Counted from the stretch's first letter, positions 45,606 to 61,540 are shown. The stretch is 64,000 nt of DNA from Candidatus Multivorans sp. (GCA_965224025.1 OZ245033.1:1344001-1408000); one strand, 5' to 3'. Numbers and translations: made by a program. The notes: generated from the sequence alone by a model not told the origin.

Positions 45606-48518
45606 GTGAACTCAGCAGTACTTCGGCCGGCGCGACGGTGGGCCATCCGCGTAGCCGCATGCGCCTGCGCGCTTCTGGTCGGTGCGGGCACCGATCTCGA
45701 GGCTCAGGGTTTCGGCAAGAACAAGATCCGCTACGAGGACTTCGACTGGCGCATCTACCACTCGACCCACTTCGACATCTACTACTACTCGGAGAGCGAG
45801 AGCCAGCTCCAGAAGGTGGCGTCAATGGCCGAGAGCGCCTACGACCAACTGTCGCTCGACCTGGACTACCAGATCCAGGAGCCGACGCCGCTGATCATCT
45901 ACAACACGCACTCGGACTTCCTCCAGAACAACGTGATGATCAACTTCATCCCGGAGGGAGTCGCCGCATTCGCGACCTCGGCCAGGTTCCGGATGGTCAT
46001 GCCGATCGACCTGCCGGACATCGAGCTCTACGAACTGCTCCTCCACGAGCTGACGCACATCTTCCAGTACCACATCCTCTTCGGAGGCAGCCTCGGGCGT
46101 GCCCTGACCAGCAATCCGCCCCAGTGGTTGATGGAGGGGATGGCGAGCTACTTCGCCAAGGATGAGAGCGCCTCGGACCGGATGTACCTGCGCGACGCGG
46201 TGGTCAACGACCGCCTGCCGCCGATCACGTCGGGTCAGGCCGGCGGATTTTTCGCCTACCGCTACGGGCACGCCGCGTTCGACTTCATGGAGGAGCGTTG
46301 GGGCGCCGACGGCGTGATCGACTTCCTGTTCGAGTTCCGGAACACGATCGGTTCCCGGGTCGGCCGCGCGGTCGAGCGCGCCTTCCGGATCGATCCGGAA
46401 GACTTCGACCTGGAGTTCCGCCGCTGGCTTCGCAACAGGTACCTGCCGGAGCTGGTGGCGACCGGCGAACCGAGCGACTTCGGCCGACCGTTCCGGACCC
46501 GTCCCCAGGGCAGTCAGGAAACGTCACCCGTGGCCTCGCCTTCCGGCGACCTGGTAGCCGCCTTCTCGACTTTCCAGGGCGATATAGACATCGTGCTCTT
46601 CGACACCCAGGAGCGGGAGCCGGTCAAGAACCTGACCAAGGGCTACACGGCGGAGTTCCGCCACTACGTCGCGCAGATGCTGAGCCTGGGGCGAAAACAC
46701 GGGAGCGATCTGGCCTTCTCGCCGGACGGCAACTCGCTGGCAGCCTTCGTGCGCAAGGAAGCCGGCTACTCGCTGGCCATCGTCAATGTTCTGGGCGGCG
46801 GCGTCCGCCGGGTGATCGACATGGAGATCGAGCAGCAGACGGCGCCCAGTTGGAGCCCGGCCGGCCGGCGCGTCGCCTTCGGCGGCAACCAGAACGGCCA
46901 GTACGACATTTTCGAGCTCGACCTGGAGACGCTCGAGATCCGGAACCTGACCAATGACGAGGTCTTCGACAGCGCGCCGTCGTACTCCCACGACGGCAAA
47001 TGGCTCGTGTTCTCTTCGGTGCCGGGCGAGATGGGCCAACTCTTCCGCCTGGACCTCGAGAGTCTGGAGCGAACGCGCATCAGCAGCGACGACCACCACA
47101 ACACCGATCCGGTGTTCTCGGGAGATGACGGCACGGTGTACTTCACGTCGGACCGGAGCGGGGCCGAGAACATCTTCGGGCTCGACCTGGATACGGGCGA
47201 ACTTCGCCAGTACACGAACGCGATCACCGGCTGCTTCCAGCCAACCGTCCTGACGACGGCCGGCAGCGATGACCGCCTGGTCTACACGGGCTTCTGGAAG
47301 GGCCGCTTCGACCTCTACGAGAGAGACATCGAAGAACCGATCGGCGAGGTCCAGGTCGTCGATGTGGGAGTCGGCGGCGATCCGATCCCGGCCATCGACC
47401 TCTTCGAGCCTGACATCCAGGTCTCGATCGACGAGTCGAACAAGGAGGACAAGCGCGGGTGGAGGCTGTTCCTGGAAGACGCCCAGACCGCGATCGGAGT
47501 GGACGACAACCAGACCTTCCTGGGTCAGGTCTACCTCCAGTTCTCGGACTTCCTCGGCGACCGGCGGCTGTTCACGACCTTCGCCTCGATCGAACAATTC
47601 TCGCAGTTCAACGTGACCTACCTGAACCTGTCGAACCGGTTGCAGTGGCAAGTCTCGCTGTTCGACGACCGCGCCTTCTACGTCGGCTACGACTACCGCT
47701 TCGGGTACTACGAGCGGGGCAGGTCGTTCTTCCAGCAGACCGGCGCCATCTTCTCCATCTCGTATCCGATGAGCTTCTACCGGCGCTTCGAGCTGGGGGC
47801 CGGCTACATCCGGCGCAAGCTGGACTACCAGGCCTATGCGCGCGACAGCGACTTCCGCCTGCTTACGGACGACTTTGGCCGGCCGATTCCGACCGTCACT
47901 CCGCGCGAGGACGACTATCCCGTGATCCAGACCGCCCTGGTCGGGGACACGACCGTGTTCGGCCCGGCCGGGCCATCGAGCGGCCACCGCTACCGGCTGT
48001 CGGCCGAGTACGCTCCGGACCTCGAGACCTCGGGCGTACTGACCCAGACGATCCAACTGGACGCCCGCAAGTACTTCCCGCTCACCCGGCGCAGCGTCTT
48101 CGCGACTCGCCTCTTCGGCAGCATGAGAACCGGGAACTTCCCCAACCCGGTCTACTTCGGCGGCCTGGACACGGTGCGGGGGGTGGACTTCCGCGACATC
48201 GTCGGCGACCGTGGTTTCTTCACGAACCTCGAGCTTCGTTTCCCGCTGATCGACTTCTTCGTGACGCCGATCTGGACCTTCCAGGGGATCCAGGGGAGAT
48301 TCTTCCTCGACATTGCCGGCGCGTACTTCGACGGCGTCCAGGACTTCGACGTCTGGGACTCCGAGAACAGCCGGCTGGACGACGCGATCGCCGCCTACGG
48401 CTTCGGTCTCACGGTGAGAATGCTCGGCGTCGATCTGCACTGGGACTTTGCGACGCAGTGGGACCTCAAGGAGTCGGGCGACAGCCGCACGACGTTCTGG
48501 ATCGGACAGCGGTTCTGA
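45606..48518 (+). CDS. Omp85-family outer membrane protein with N-terminal zincin-like domain and TolB-like (PD40) propeller
   Basis: HELTH..WLMEG; repeats P.WSP.G/FSPDG/PSYSHDG; barrel motifs FGG.DTVRG.DF, NLELRFP, terminal Phe. Confidence 0.87.
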   Translation: MNSAVLRPARRWAIRVAACACALLVGAGTDLEAQGFGKNKIRYEDFDWRIYHSTHFDIYYYSESESQLQKVASMAESAYDQLSLDLDYQIQEPTPLIIYNTHSDFLQNNVMINFIPEGVAAFATSARFRMVMPIDLPDIELYELLLHELTHIFQYHILFGGSLGRALTSNPPQWLMEGMASYFAKDESASDRMYLRDAVVNDRLPPITSGQAGGFFAYRYGHAAFDFMEERWGADGVIDFLFEFRNTIGSRVGRAVERAFRIDPEDFDLEFRRWLRNRYLPELVATGEPSDFGRPFRTRPQGSQETSPVASPSGDLVAAFSTFQGDIDIVLFDTQEREPVKNLTKGYTAEFRHYVAQMLSLGRKHGSDLAFSPDGNSLAAFVRKEAGYSLAIVNVLGGGVRRVIDMEIEQQTAPSWSPAGRRVAFGGNQNGQYDIFELDLETLEIRNLTNDEVFDSAPSYSHDGKWLVFSSVPGEMGQLFRLDLESLERTRISSDDHHNTDPVFSGDDGTVYFTSDRSGAENIFGLDLDTGELRQYTNAITGCFQPTVLTTAGSDDRLVYTGFWKGRFDLYERDIEEPIGEVQVVDVGVGGDPIPAIDLFEPDIQVSIDESNKEDKRGWRLFLEDAQTAIGVDDNQTFLGQVYLQFSDFLGDRRLFTTFASIEQFSQFNVTYLNLSNRLQWQVSLFDDRAFYVGYDYRFGYYERGRSFFQQTGAIFSISYPMSFYRRFELGAGYIRRKLDYQAYARDSDFRLLTDDFGRPIPTVTPREDDYPVIQTALVGDTTVFGPAGPSSGHRYRLSAEYAPDLETSGVLTQTIQLDARKYFPLTRRSVFATRLFGSMRTGNFPNPVYFGGLDTVRGVDFRDIVGDRGFFTNLELRFPLIDFFVTPIWTFQGIQGRFFLDIAGAYFDGVQDFDVWDSENSRLDDAIAAYGFGLTVRMLGVDLHWDFATQWDLKESGDSRTTFWIGQRF

Positions 48519-48556
48519 CGACAACCGGCCGGGGCGGGCATCGATAGAGCCGTCCG

Positions 48557-49456
48557 ATGCCTGACGGACAGCTTTCGCTCTTCGGCGACGGCGCCCTGGC
48601 GGCCGCCGCGCGGGAGTCCAAGCTCCACTCGCGGCGGCGCCGAGGTGGCAGCGGCGCGGGGATCCGTGCGGCCGTACTCGGATCGGGGAGTGGCGGCAAC
48701 AGCACGATCGTGGAGAGCGTGGAGGGCTGCCTGTTGCTGGACGCCGGATTCTCGTGCCGGGAATTGGAGCGGCGGCTCGACATGGTCGGCCGTTCGGCGA
48801 CCGACGTGGAGGCGGTACTCCTGACCCACGAACACGACGACCACAGTCGCGGCGCCTGCCGCTTCGCGCGACGCCACCAGGTTCCGGTCTACGGCACCCG
48901 CGGCACCTATCGCGACCCCCAGTTGGTTGACCTGGGCGCCTTCGCCCGGCCCATGGGCCCCGGCGTTCCGCTCACCGCCGCCGGCTTCAGGATCGAGGTG
49001 TTCCCGGTACTACACGATGCGCGGGAGCCGGTCGGCTTCGTCGTCGAGAGCAGCGGCGGGTATCGCCTCGGGTTGGCGACGGATCTAGGTCGCCGGACCG
49101 CGGAAGCGTGGCGCAGCCTCCGGGATCTCGATGTTCTGCTGATCGAGTCGAATCACGATCTCGACATGCTGCGCACGGGACCATACCCTTGGCGCCTGAA
49201 GGAGCGAGTGGCGTCGGCGCGTGGACACCTCAGCAACGAGGAAGCCGCCGCGGGCCTCGACGAGCTCCTGTCGGATCGCTTGTCGTGGGTCGTCCTGTGC
49301 CATCTCTCGGAAACCAACAACTCGCCCGCGATGGCGGCCGCGTCGGCACAGCCGGTTCTCGATCGCCGGCGTTCCCGTGCGAAGCTCGTGGTGGCCGAGC
49401 AGCATCGGCCGGGACCGTGGTTGGAGGTCGGCGCGGGAAGCGGTGTGGGCTGCTGA
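48557..49456 (+). CDS. MBL-fold metallo-hydrolase (YycJ/WalJ-like)
   Basis: LGSGSGGN, THEHDDH, HDA, TDLG, ESNHD, GHLSN, HLS..NN. Confidence 0.9.
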   Translation: MPDGQLSLFGDGALAAAARESKLHSRRRRGGSGAGIRAAVLGSGSGGNSTIVESVEGCLLLDAGFSCRELERRLDMVGRSATDVEAVLLTHEHDDHSRGACRFARRHQVPVYGTRGTYRDPQLVDLGAFARPMGPGVPLTAAGFRIEVFPVLHDAREPVGFVVESSGGYRLGLATDLGRRTAEAWRSLRDLDVLLIESNHDLDMLRTGPYPWRLKERVASARGHLSNEEAAAGLDELLSDRLSWVVLCHLSETNNSPAMAAASAQPVLDRRRSRAKLVVAEQHRPGPWLEVGAGSGVGC

Positions 49457-49540
49457 ACCCGGGTGGCGCGAACCCGCGCCACCCGCGAACCAGTCCGAGC
49501 GCTCGTCATCGAGCGCTCGGACGGAACAAGGGGGTTTGAG

Positions 49541-49807
49541 TTGACGCCGAACGGAAACTGCTTCGTGGCGCGGGTGCTGGTCTATCCGCGCGCTGAGGTT
49601 CTCGATCCCCAGGGGCGGGCGATCGAAGATGCGCTGGGGCGGATCGGTTTCGACGGCGTCGAGCGGATCCGGGCCGGCAAGAGCTTTGAGGTCGTCCTGA
49701 ACGCGGCGAGCAGGGCCGAGGCTTCGGAAGCGGTCGACCGCATGTGCCGTCGACTGCTGGCGAACCCGATCGTCGAGGACTACAGCGTGGAGTGGATCTC
49801 GCGATGA
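49541..49807 (+). CDS. purS: FGAM synthase subunit PurS
   Basis: VLDPQG.A, R.GK, LLANPIVEDY; start approximate. Confidence 0.94.
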   Translation: MTPNGNCFVARVLVYPRAEVLDPQGRAIEDALGRIGFDGVERIRAGKSFEVVLNAASRAEASEAVDRMCRRLLANPIVEDYSVEWISR

Positions 49808-50529
49808 GGTGCGGGATCGTGGTCTTCCCGGGCAGCAACTGCGATCATGACGTGTACGACGTGCTTAGGCGAGTGCTCGAGCAGGAGACGGTGTTCCTCT
49901 GGCATCAGGAGACGTCTTTGGACGAGTGCGAGTTGGTCGTCCTGCCGGGCGGATTCTCTTACGGCGACTACCTCCGCGCCGGCTCGATGGCGGCGCATTC
50001 GCCGATCATGGCCGCGGTGCGGCGGCACGCCGAGGCGGGGGGACGGGTGCTCGGTATCTGCAACGGCTTCCAGATGCTGCTGGAAGCGGGCCTGTTGCCG
50101 GGTGCGATGCGGCGGAATCGCGACCTCCGGTTCCTGAGTGTCGACATCCATCTAAGGGTTGAGCGCGACGACCTGATCTACTGCTCGGGTTACCGTCGCG
50201 GCGAGGTGCTGCGCATGCCGATCGCACACGCCGAGGGCAACTACGTCGACACGGATGAGGCCCTGGACGATCTGGAGCGGGCGGGGCAGGTGGTCTTCAG
50301 GTACGTGGATGCCGATGGAAGCGTGGCCCCCGGGGCCAACCTCAACGGATCGAAGAGGTCGATCGCCGGTGTGTGCAACACGGAAGGCAACGTACTCGGC
50401 CTGATGCCGCACCCCGAGCGCTGCGCCGAGGATCTGCTGGGCAACGGCGACGGCCTCGGCCTGCTGGCCGGAGCGGTTCAGACCGGCAGCGGCCGGGTGG
50501 CGGCGCTGACGGCGGCGGTCGGCGGGTAG
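49804..50529 (+). CDS. purQ: FGAM synthase subunit PurQ
   Basis: [35 protein letters not shown]. Confidence 0.97.
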   Translation: MRCGIVVFPGSNCDHDVYDVLRRVLEQETVFLWHQETSLDECELVVLPGGFSYGDYLRAGSMAAHSPIMAAVRRHAEAGGRVLGICNGFQMLLEAGLLPGAMRRNRDLRFLSVDIHLRVERDDLIYCSGYRRGEVLRMPIAHAEGNYVDTDEALDDLERAGQVVFRYVDADGSVAPGANLNGSKRSIAGVCNTEGNVLGLMPHPERCAEDLLGNGDGLGLLAGAVQTGSGRVAALTAAVGG

Positions 50530-50534
50530 GGGTC

Positions 50535-52787
50535 GTGACGGCGCCGAGTCCCCTTGCCGGCGAGCCTCTGGTGGATGCAGGGCTCGCGGCCGAGCATGGC
50601 CTGACGACCGAGGAGTACGGCGGCCTCTGCGATCTTCTCGGTCGCGTCCCGACCTACACCGAACTGGGAATCGCTTCGGCCCTCTATTCGGAACACTGCT
50701 CCTACAAGTCGTCGAAGACCCATCTGCGCCGGTTCCCGACCCGGAGCCGCCGGGTCGTCCACGGGCCCGGCGAGAACGCCGGAGTCGTGGACATTGGCCA
50801 TGGCTGGGTGGCGGCCTTCAAGATGGAGAGCCACAACCACCCGAGCTTCATCGAGCCCTATCAAGGCGCTGCTACGGGCGTCGGCGGCATCCTGCGCGAT
50901 GTCTTCACGATGGGCGCGCGCCCGATCGCCTGCCTCGATTCGTTGCGCTTCGGCGACATCGAGGGCGAGCGCGGCGCTCGGATGCGGCACCTCGTCGACG
51001 GCGTGGTGCGCGGCATCGGCGACTACGGAAACTGTGTCGGCATTCCGACGGTGGGAGGCGAAACCGGTTTTCACAGTTCCTACAACGGCAACATCCTGGT
51101 CAACGCGTTCGCGCTCGGGGTCTGCCGTCGCGAGCGAATCTTCACCGCGGTGGCTTCCGGGGCCGGGAACCCGGTCCTCTATGCCGGTAGCCGTACGGGT
51201 CGCGACGGCATTCACGGTGCGACGATGGCTTCGGAGGCTTTCGACAGCGAGAGCGAGGGCAAGCGGCCCACGGTGCAGGTCGGTGACCCGTTCACCGAGA
51301 AGGTGCTGCTCGAAGCGAGTCTCGAGGCGATGCGGAGCGGGGTCGTGCTCGGAGTGCAGGACATGGGCGCCGCCGGACTGACCAGCTCGTGTTTCGAGAT
51401 GGCGGCTCGCGGTGGCGCCGGGGTGGATATCGACCTCGATCTGGTGCCGCTGCGTGAGGCTTCTCTGACGCCCTACGAGATCATGCTCTCGGAGTCTCAG
51501 GAGCGGATGGTCTTCGTCACTCGGAGGGGACAGGAAGGGACCGTCGTCTCGATCCTCTCCCGTTGGGGCCTTCAGGCGAGGGCGATCGGACGGGTGACGG
51601 ACGACGGTCGAGCCCGTCTGACCTTCCGCGGTCAGACGGTGGCGGACATGCCGGTTGAGCCGCTGGTGGACGGGGCGCCCGTGTACGACCGCCCTGCGGC
51701 GCCTCCCGCGGACCTTGCCCGTCGTCAGGACCGCGCGGACCCCGAGGCGCCGGACGATCCGCTCGGTGCGCTCAAGCGCCTGCTGGGGACGCCCGAACTC
51801 GGGGACAAGGGCTGGATCTTCCGGCAGTACGACTCGACCGTGCGCTCGAACACGATTATCGGCCCGGGCGCCGACGCCGCGGTTCTACGGCTCAAGGGCA
51901 CGCCGTCGGCTCTCGCTCTGACCTCGGATACGAATCCTTCGTACTGTTGGCTCGATCCGGGGATGGGCGGCCGGCAGGCGGTCGCGGAGGCAGTGCGGAA
52001 CCTGGCGACGGCGGGCGCTGAGCCGGTGGGTATGACGAATTGTCTGAACTTCGGCTCGCCGGAGAACCCCGAGATCGCATGGCAGCTTCGGGAGTGCATC
52101 TCCGGGATGGCCGATGCGTGTCGGGCATTCGGCGTGCCGGTGATCTCGGGCAACGTGTCCCTCTACAACGAGACCGAGGGCGAAGCGGTGCGGCCGACGC
52201 CCACGGTGGCGATGGTCGGTGTGATCGACGGGCTGATGGACCTGGGTGCGGAGGGAAAACTCCACCGCCTGCTCGGCTGCGGCTTCTGGCGCCCGGGCGA
52301 TCGGGTGCTGCTGCTCGGCGAAGGCGGGGACGAGTTCGGCGGCTCGGCCTACCAGCGACTGCTCTACGGTGTCGAGGCGGGGCGCCCGCCCGCGGTCGAT
52401 CTTCAGGCGGAGGCTGCCCTCTGCGCGTTGCTGCGCCGAGCGCGCCGGGCGGGCTGGCTGAGCGGCTGCCACGATCTGGCGGAGGGTGGGCTGCTCGTTG
52501 CTCTGACCGAGTGCGCAATGGCCTGGGGTCTGGGAATGCGCGGGCACTTCGACGGCAGCCCGCTGAGTCTCTTCTCCGAGGCCCAGGGGAGGGCGATCGT
52601 CACTGCCGCGCCTGCCCGGGTCGACGAAGTGCTCGCGTCTGCGGAGCAGTTCGGAGTGCCCGCCTCGGACATCGGCGAAGTGGGCGGTGATCGTGTGGTA
52701 CTGGGTTTCGACGGCGGCACCGTCGATGGTGCGATCGAGGACCTGCGGGCGGTTTGGACCGAAGCTCTTCCGCGGGCCGTGGGCTAG
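50535..52787 (+). CDS. purL: FGAM synthase subunit PurL
   Basis: [41 protein letters not shown]. Confidence 0.97.
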   Translation: MTAPSPLAGEPLVDAGLAAEHGLTTEEYGGLCDLLGRVPTYTELGIASALYSEHCSYKSSKTHLRRFPTRSRRVVHGPGENAGVVDIGHGWVAAFKMESHNHPSFIEPYQGAATGVGGILRDVFTMGARPIACLDSLRFGDIEGERGARMRHLVDGVVRGIGDYGNCVGIPTVGGETGFHSSYNGNILVNAFALGVCRRERIFTAVASGAGNPVLYAGSRTGRDGIHGATMASEAFDSESEGKRPTVQVGDPFTEKVLLEASLEAMRSGVVLGVQDMGAAGLTSSCFEMAARGGAGVDIDLDLVPLREASLTPYEIMLSESQERMVFVTRRGQEGTVVSILSRWGLQARAIGRVTDDGRARLTFRGQTVADMPVEPLVDGAPVYDRPAAPPADLARRQDRADPEAPDDPLGALKRLLGTPELGDKGWIFRQYDSTVRSNTIIGPGADAAVLRLKGTPSALALTSDTNPSYCWLDPGMGGRQAVAEAVRNLATAGAEPVGMTNCLNFGSPENPEIAWQLRECISGMADACRAFGVPVISGNVSLYNETEGEAVRPTPTVAMVGVIDGLMDLGAEGKLHRLLGCGFWRPGDRVLLLGEGGDEFGGSAYQRLLYGVEAGRPPAVDLQAEAALCALLRRARRAGWLSGCHDLAEGGLLVALTECAMAWGLGMRGHFDGSPLSLFSEAQGRAIVTAAPARVDEVLASAEQFGVPASDIGEVGGDRVVLGFDGGTVDGAIEDLRAVWTEALPRAVG

Positions 52788-52797
52788 TGTAACCACG

Positions 52798-54189
52798 ATG
52801 TGCGGGATCTTCGGTATTGAGGGCGCGCCGGACGCGGCGAACCTCACCTACCTTGGTCTTTACGCTGAGCAGCACCGGGGCCAGGAAAGCGCCGGGATCG
52901 TCTCGTGGGATGGGGAACAACTCCATGCTGAGCGAGGCATGGGGAAGGTCGCCGAGCTCTTCGACGCGAGCAAGCTCGCGGGACTGCCGGGCGATCGAGC
53001 GATCGGCCATACGCGCTACTCGACGGCCGGCTCAAGCGTCATCGCAAACGCTCAGCCGATTGTGGTCATGACCTCGATGGGTCCTCTCGGCATCGTCCAC
53101 AACGGCAACCTGGTCAGTGCGCTGGCCACCCGTCACGAGTTGGAAGCTGCGGGATCGATCTTCCAGACCACCAGCGACTCCGAGGTCTTTCTCCACCTGA
53201 TGGCCACCCGTCCTCACGAGGAGATCGTCGAGTCGCTTCTGCGGGTTCTGGGAGACGTCCGGGGGGCTTACTCGCTGCTTCTGATCAGCCAGCAGGGGCT
53301 GATCGCTGCGCGCGACCCCCACGGCTTCAGGCCGCTGATTCTGGGGGATCGCGACGGGCAGCCCTGTTTCGCTTCCGAGAGCTGTGCCTTCGACCTGCTG
53401 GAGGCCCGGTCGCTGCGCGAACTCGACCGCGGAGAGGTAGTACTGGCGCGGGGCGACCGCACTGAGAGCTACCGCCTGGCGCCAGTCTCGAGGGCTGCGC
53501 GGTGCATCTTCGAGCACGTCTATTTCGCGCGCCCGGACAGCGAAGTGTTCTCGGACTCGGTGGCCCAGTCGCGCCTGAGAATGGGCGCCCGTTTGGCTCA
53601 GGAGGCGCCGGTCGAGGCGGATCTCGTGGTGCCGGTTCCGGACAGCGGGCTCTACGGCGCGCTCGGCTTCAGCCGCGCTTGCGGGACGCCGCTCGAACTG
53701 GGCCTGATCCGGAACCACTACATCGGCCGGACCTTCATCGAACCGCAGCAGTCGATCCGCCACTTCGGCGTCAAGGTGAAGCTGAACCCCGTCCGGGAAC
53801 TGATTGCAGGCAAACGAATCGTGCTGGTGGATGACTCGATCGTCCGCGGTACGACGTCGCGCAAGATCGTCAGTATGGTCCGCGAAGCCGGCGCCTCGGA
53901 GGTTCACATCCGGATCACGTCGCCGCCGACCGCGTTCTCCTGCATCTACGGCATCGATACGCCGACCCGCGGCGAGTTGATCGCGTCGGATCACTCATTG
54001 GAGGAGATTCGGCGCTTCATTCGGGCCGACAGCCTCGGCTACCTCTCGCTGGAAGGACTGCTCGGTTGCGTTTCCGGTAGCCCGGATACGTACTGCACGG
54101 CCTGCTGGACGGGCGAGTATCCCGTACCGGACGAAGGTCACGGCGAGACGCAGGCGGAGCTCTTCCCGCTCCGCCTGGAAGCGGGCTAG
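52798..54189 (+). CDS. purF: Amidophosphoribosyltransferase
   Basis: MCGIFG, QHRGQE, GHTRYST, VDDSIVRGTT, YGID, CTAC. Confidence 0.98.
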   Translation: MCGIFGIEGAPDAANLTYLGLYAEQHRGQESAGIVSWDGEQLHAERGMGKVAELFDASKLAGLPGDRAIGHTRYSTAGSSVIANAQPIVVMTSMGPLGIVHNGNLVSALATRHELEAAGSIFQTTSDSEVFLHLMATRPHEEIVESLLRVLGDVRGAYSLLLISQQGLIAARDPHGFRPLILGDRDGQPCFASESCAFDLLEARSLRELDRGEVVLARGDRTESYRLAPVSRAARCIFEHVYFARPDSEVFSDSVAQSRLRMGARLAQEAPVEADLVVPVPDSGLYGALGFSRACGTPLELGLIRNHYIGRTFIEPQQSIRHFGVKVKLNPVRELIAGKRIVLVDDSIVRGTTSRKIVSMVREAGASEVHIRITSPPTAFSCIYGIDTPTRGELIASDHSLEEIRRFIRADSLGYLSLEGLLGCVSGSPDTYCTACWTGEYPVPDEGHGETQAELFPLRLEAG

Positions 54190-55262
54190 TGAAGGAAGCA
54201 GACGCTTACCGGGACGCGGGAGTGGATCTGGCGGCCCAGGACCGAGCCTTGGCCGCCATCGGCGGCTTGGTGAAGTCGACATTCACCGAGAGTGTGCTGA
54301 GCGGTCCCGGAGCCTTCGGGGGCCTGTTCGCCCTGCCCGATTCTCTGCGCGCGCCCGTGCTTGTGGCTTCGGCGGACGGTGTGGGCACCAAGCTGGCGGT
54401 AGCCCGAATGGCCGGCGACTTCAGCACCGTCGGCGGCGATCTCGTGAATCACTGTGTCAATGACATTCTGGTGCAAGGCGCGACGCCGCTGTTCTTTCTC
54501 GACTACGTCGGCGCCGGCAAGCTCGATGCTGAGGCCATGACGTCCCTGCTCCGCGGCGTGGCGGAGGCGTGTGTCGACAACGGTTGCGCGCTTCTCGGGG
54601 GAGAGACCGCGGAGATGCCCGGCTTCTACCAGCCGGGCGACTACGAGTTGGTGGGCTTCATCGTCGGGGCGGTGGAACGGGGGGCGATCCTCGATGGCTC
54701 CGCTGTGCGCGCCGGCGATGTGCTGATCGGCCTGGCGTCGGCCGGTCTTCACACCAACGGCTTCTCCCTGGCGCGACGGGCCTTCTTCGACCTGGCCGGC
54801 CTTGACCTGGCATCCCGGCTCCGGGAGTCCGATCGTACGGTGCGGGACGTTCTGCTGGCGCCCCATCTGTCCTACCTGGACCTGCTCAAGCCGCTGCTGG
54901 GCGACCCGCGTCTTCGCGCTCTGGCGCACATCACGGGTGGCGGGTTGACCGACAATCTGCCTCGCGTTCTTCCCCCGGGCCTGGGCGCGGTAGTGGAGCT
55001 TGGCGGCTGGCGTGTGCCGGAGGAGTTTGCCGCGATCCAGCGGCTGGCGGATGTCCACACCGAGGAGATGTACCGGGTCTTCAACATGGGGGTTGGAATG
55101 GTGCTGGTTGCCGATCCGGCCGGCGCCCCCGATCTGCTGGCCGAACTGGGGGAGGCAGGGGGGCAGGCTTTCCTACTGGGCTCGGTGCGGTCCGGCGCAG
55201 AGGTTTCCTATACGGGGTCGGCGGGGCCGGCCCCGCGTAGCGGTACTTCGAGTCCGCCATGA
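54189..55262 (+). CDS. purM: AIR synthetase
   Basis: YRDAGVD, DGVGTK, GGETAEMP, GLHTNG, HITGGG, FNMG. Confidence 0.97.
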   Translation: MKEADAYRDAGVDLAAQDRALAAIGGLVKSTFTESVLSGPGAFGGLFALPDSLRAPVLVASADGVGTKLAVARMAGDFSTVGGDLVNHCVNDILVQGATPLFFLDYVGAGKLDAEAMTSLLRGVAEACVDNGCALLGGETAEMPGFYQPGDYELVGFIVGAVERGAILDGSAVRAGDVLIGLASAGLHTNGFSLARRAFFDLAGLDLASRLRESDRTVRDVLLAPHLSYLDLLKPLLGDPRLRALAHITGGGLTDNLPRVLPPGLGAVVELGGWRVPEEFAAIQRLADVHTEEMYRVFNMGVGMVLVADPAGAPDLLAELGEAGGQAFLLGSVRSGAEVSYTGSAGPAPRSGTSSPP

Positions 55263-55948
55263 CCGCGAAGACGACCCCGATTGCCGTGCTCATCTCGGGC
55301 CGCGGCAGCAACTTCGAGGCGCTCCATCAGGCTACGCGGGACGGGACGTTGCCCGCCGAGATCGTTCTCGTCCTGAGCAACGTCCCGTCGGCGGCGGGCA
55401 TTGCGCACGCCCGCTCGCTCGGGCTTGACGCGGCGGTCGTTCCGAGCCCCGGGGCCGGCTCACGAGCGGCCCACGAAGCCCGGGTGCGAGAAGAGATCGA
55501 GCGGGCCGGAGCGGAGTGGATCTGCCTCGCGGGCTACATGCGGCTGCTCAGTGCGGACTTCGTCGCCGCCTTTCGGAACCGGATTCTGAACATCCACCCA
55601 AGCCTGCTGCCGTCCTTTCCTGGCCTGGATGTGCAGCAGGCCGCTCTCGACCATGGCGTGCGCGTGAGCGGCTGCACGGTGCACCTCGTCGATGCCGGCC
55701 TCGACAGCGGTCCGATCGTCGGCCAGCGTGCGGTACCCGTCCGAAGCAGTGACAACGCTGCCTCCCTGGCGGCGCGCATCCTGCGGGCGGAGCACTGCCT
55801 CTATGCCGAGGCGCTCCGTCGCCTGCTTGTGGAGGAGTGGCGGATCGAAGGGCGGAGAGTTCTCTTCGGCCCCACCGATGCCCGGTCCAGAGGGACGCCC
55901 TCGGAATCACTCCCGGGGGGGTTGACAGCGCCGCGACTGCCGCACTAG
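55259..55948 (+). CDS. purN: GAR formyltransferase
   Basis: ISGRGSN, LAGYMR, NIHPSLLP, GCTVH, DSGPI. Confidence 0.97.
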   Translation: MTAKTTPIAVLISGRGSNFEALHQATRDGTLPAEIVLVLSNVPSAAGIAHARSLGLDAAVVPSPGAGSRAAHEARVREEIERAGAEWICLAGYMRLLSADFVAAFRNRILNIHPSLLPSFPGLDVQQAALDHGVRVSGCTVHLVDAGLDSGPIVGQRAVPVRSSDNAASLAARILRAEHCLYAEALRRLLVEEWRIEGRRVLFGPTDARSRGTPSESLPGGLTAPRLPH

Positions 55949-55951
55949 AGT
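55922..55951 (+). promoter_or_regulatory. Putative rRNA operon promoter overlapping the purN 3' end
   Basis: TTGACA (55922-55927), 18-nt spacer, TAGAGT (55946-55951). Confidence 0.65.
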
Positions 55952-56065
55952 TCCCCCTTCGCTCAGCGGAACGCGGACAGGAGTCCACGGCGTGACGCGG
56001 GCAGGTCGCAGCGGGCGGCGTCAGGCGCGGCTCGGCCCAAGGGGGCACGCGGCCATCAAAGGCCG

Positions 56066-56090
56066 GTTCTTTGAAAACTGAATAGAGGAA
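56066..56090 (+). promoter_or_regulatory. rrn boxA and 16S processing-stem arm
   Basis: gttctttgaaaa; aaactgaatagaggaag pairs with cttcctctattcagttt near 57938-57954; second boxA ggtctttgacaa at 58271. Confidence 0.75.
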
Positions 56091-56305
56091 GTAGTCCGCG
56101 TCGATTCCCCGGCGGCCACGGCGGCCGTCGGAGATGACGTCCGACAAGGACACAACAAACCTCGCCGGCGCCGGACCGGGCGGCTTGCCGCTTCGGCCCG
56201 TGTCGGCGATAGCTCTCCGGAAACTCGTTTCCGGAGGCGACCAATGCCGGAATAACGGCGCTGGGCTCCGTGGCTTCGCCACGGGCGCCGAGCGCATGCA
56301 GGATT

Positions 56306-57872
<1,567 letters not shown>

Positions 57873-57991
57873 GGGCCAATGACCGGCGCGAGGCGCGAAT
57901 GCGTCGCGACGTCGGTCAGTCCAGGTCGATACGCGACCTTCCTCTATTCAGTTTCCAGGGAATCGGTTTGAGGTGCCTGGATGGCGACGCT

Positions 57992-58068
<77 letters not shown>

Positions 58069-58100
58069 ACGGTCGGACGCTTGAATCGGCCGACGGGTCT

Positions 58101-58176
58101 GGGGCTGTAGCTCAGTTGGGAGAGCGCCGCCCTTGCAAGGCGGAGGTCGTCGGTTCGACTCCGATCAGCTCCACCA
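58101..58176 (+). tRNA. tRNA-Ala(TGC)
   Basis: Cloverleaf, anticodon loop cttgcaa, gttcgac T-loop, encoded CCA. Confidence 0.98.
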
Positions 58177-58396
58177 GATGCCTCCTCGACCGGAAGGGGA
58201 ATAGACTCCCGAGTCCCGACACGATCACCTGACCTCGCTCCGCCGCGACGCGGCCTGAGCAGGTCTCGGCGGTCTTTGACAACTGAATCGAATCCAAGGG
58301 TAAAGGATTCAAACGACGCGTCCTCGGGGGCTTTCCGGCCTGCGGGGAGGCGCGAAACCTAAGCGTCGAAGTCTTGAGTGTGCAATCTTTGACTTT

Positions 58397-61405
<3,009 letters not shown>

Positions 61406-61540
61406 TTTTCGAAGATTGCCGCACTCGGGACTTGGACGCTTAGGTTTGTCCGGGACGCAATGCGTCACGGAAGTGACACCCAAGAAGATTCGATTCAGGG
61501 GCGGCGCCGTGGAGAACTGCACCGCCCGGATTCCTGCGAT

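Noticed and set aside
46524-48524. 666-aa minus-strand ORF (and similar ones, e.g. 36175-38055, 23818-25557)
   Set aside because: Shadow frames of well-supported genes on the opposite strand; no motifs.
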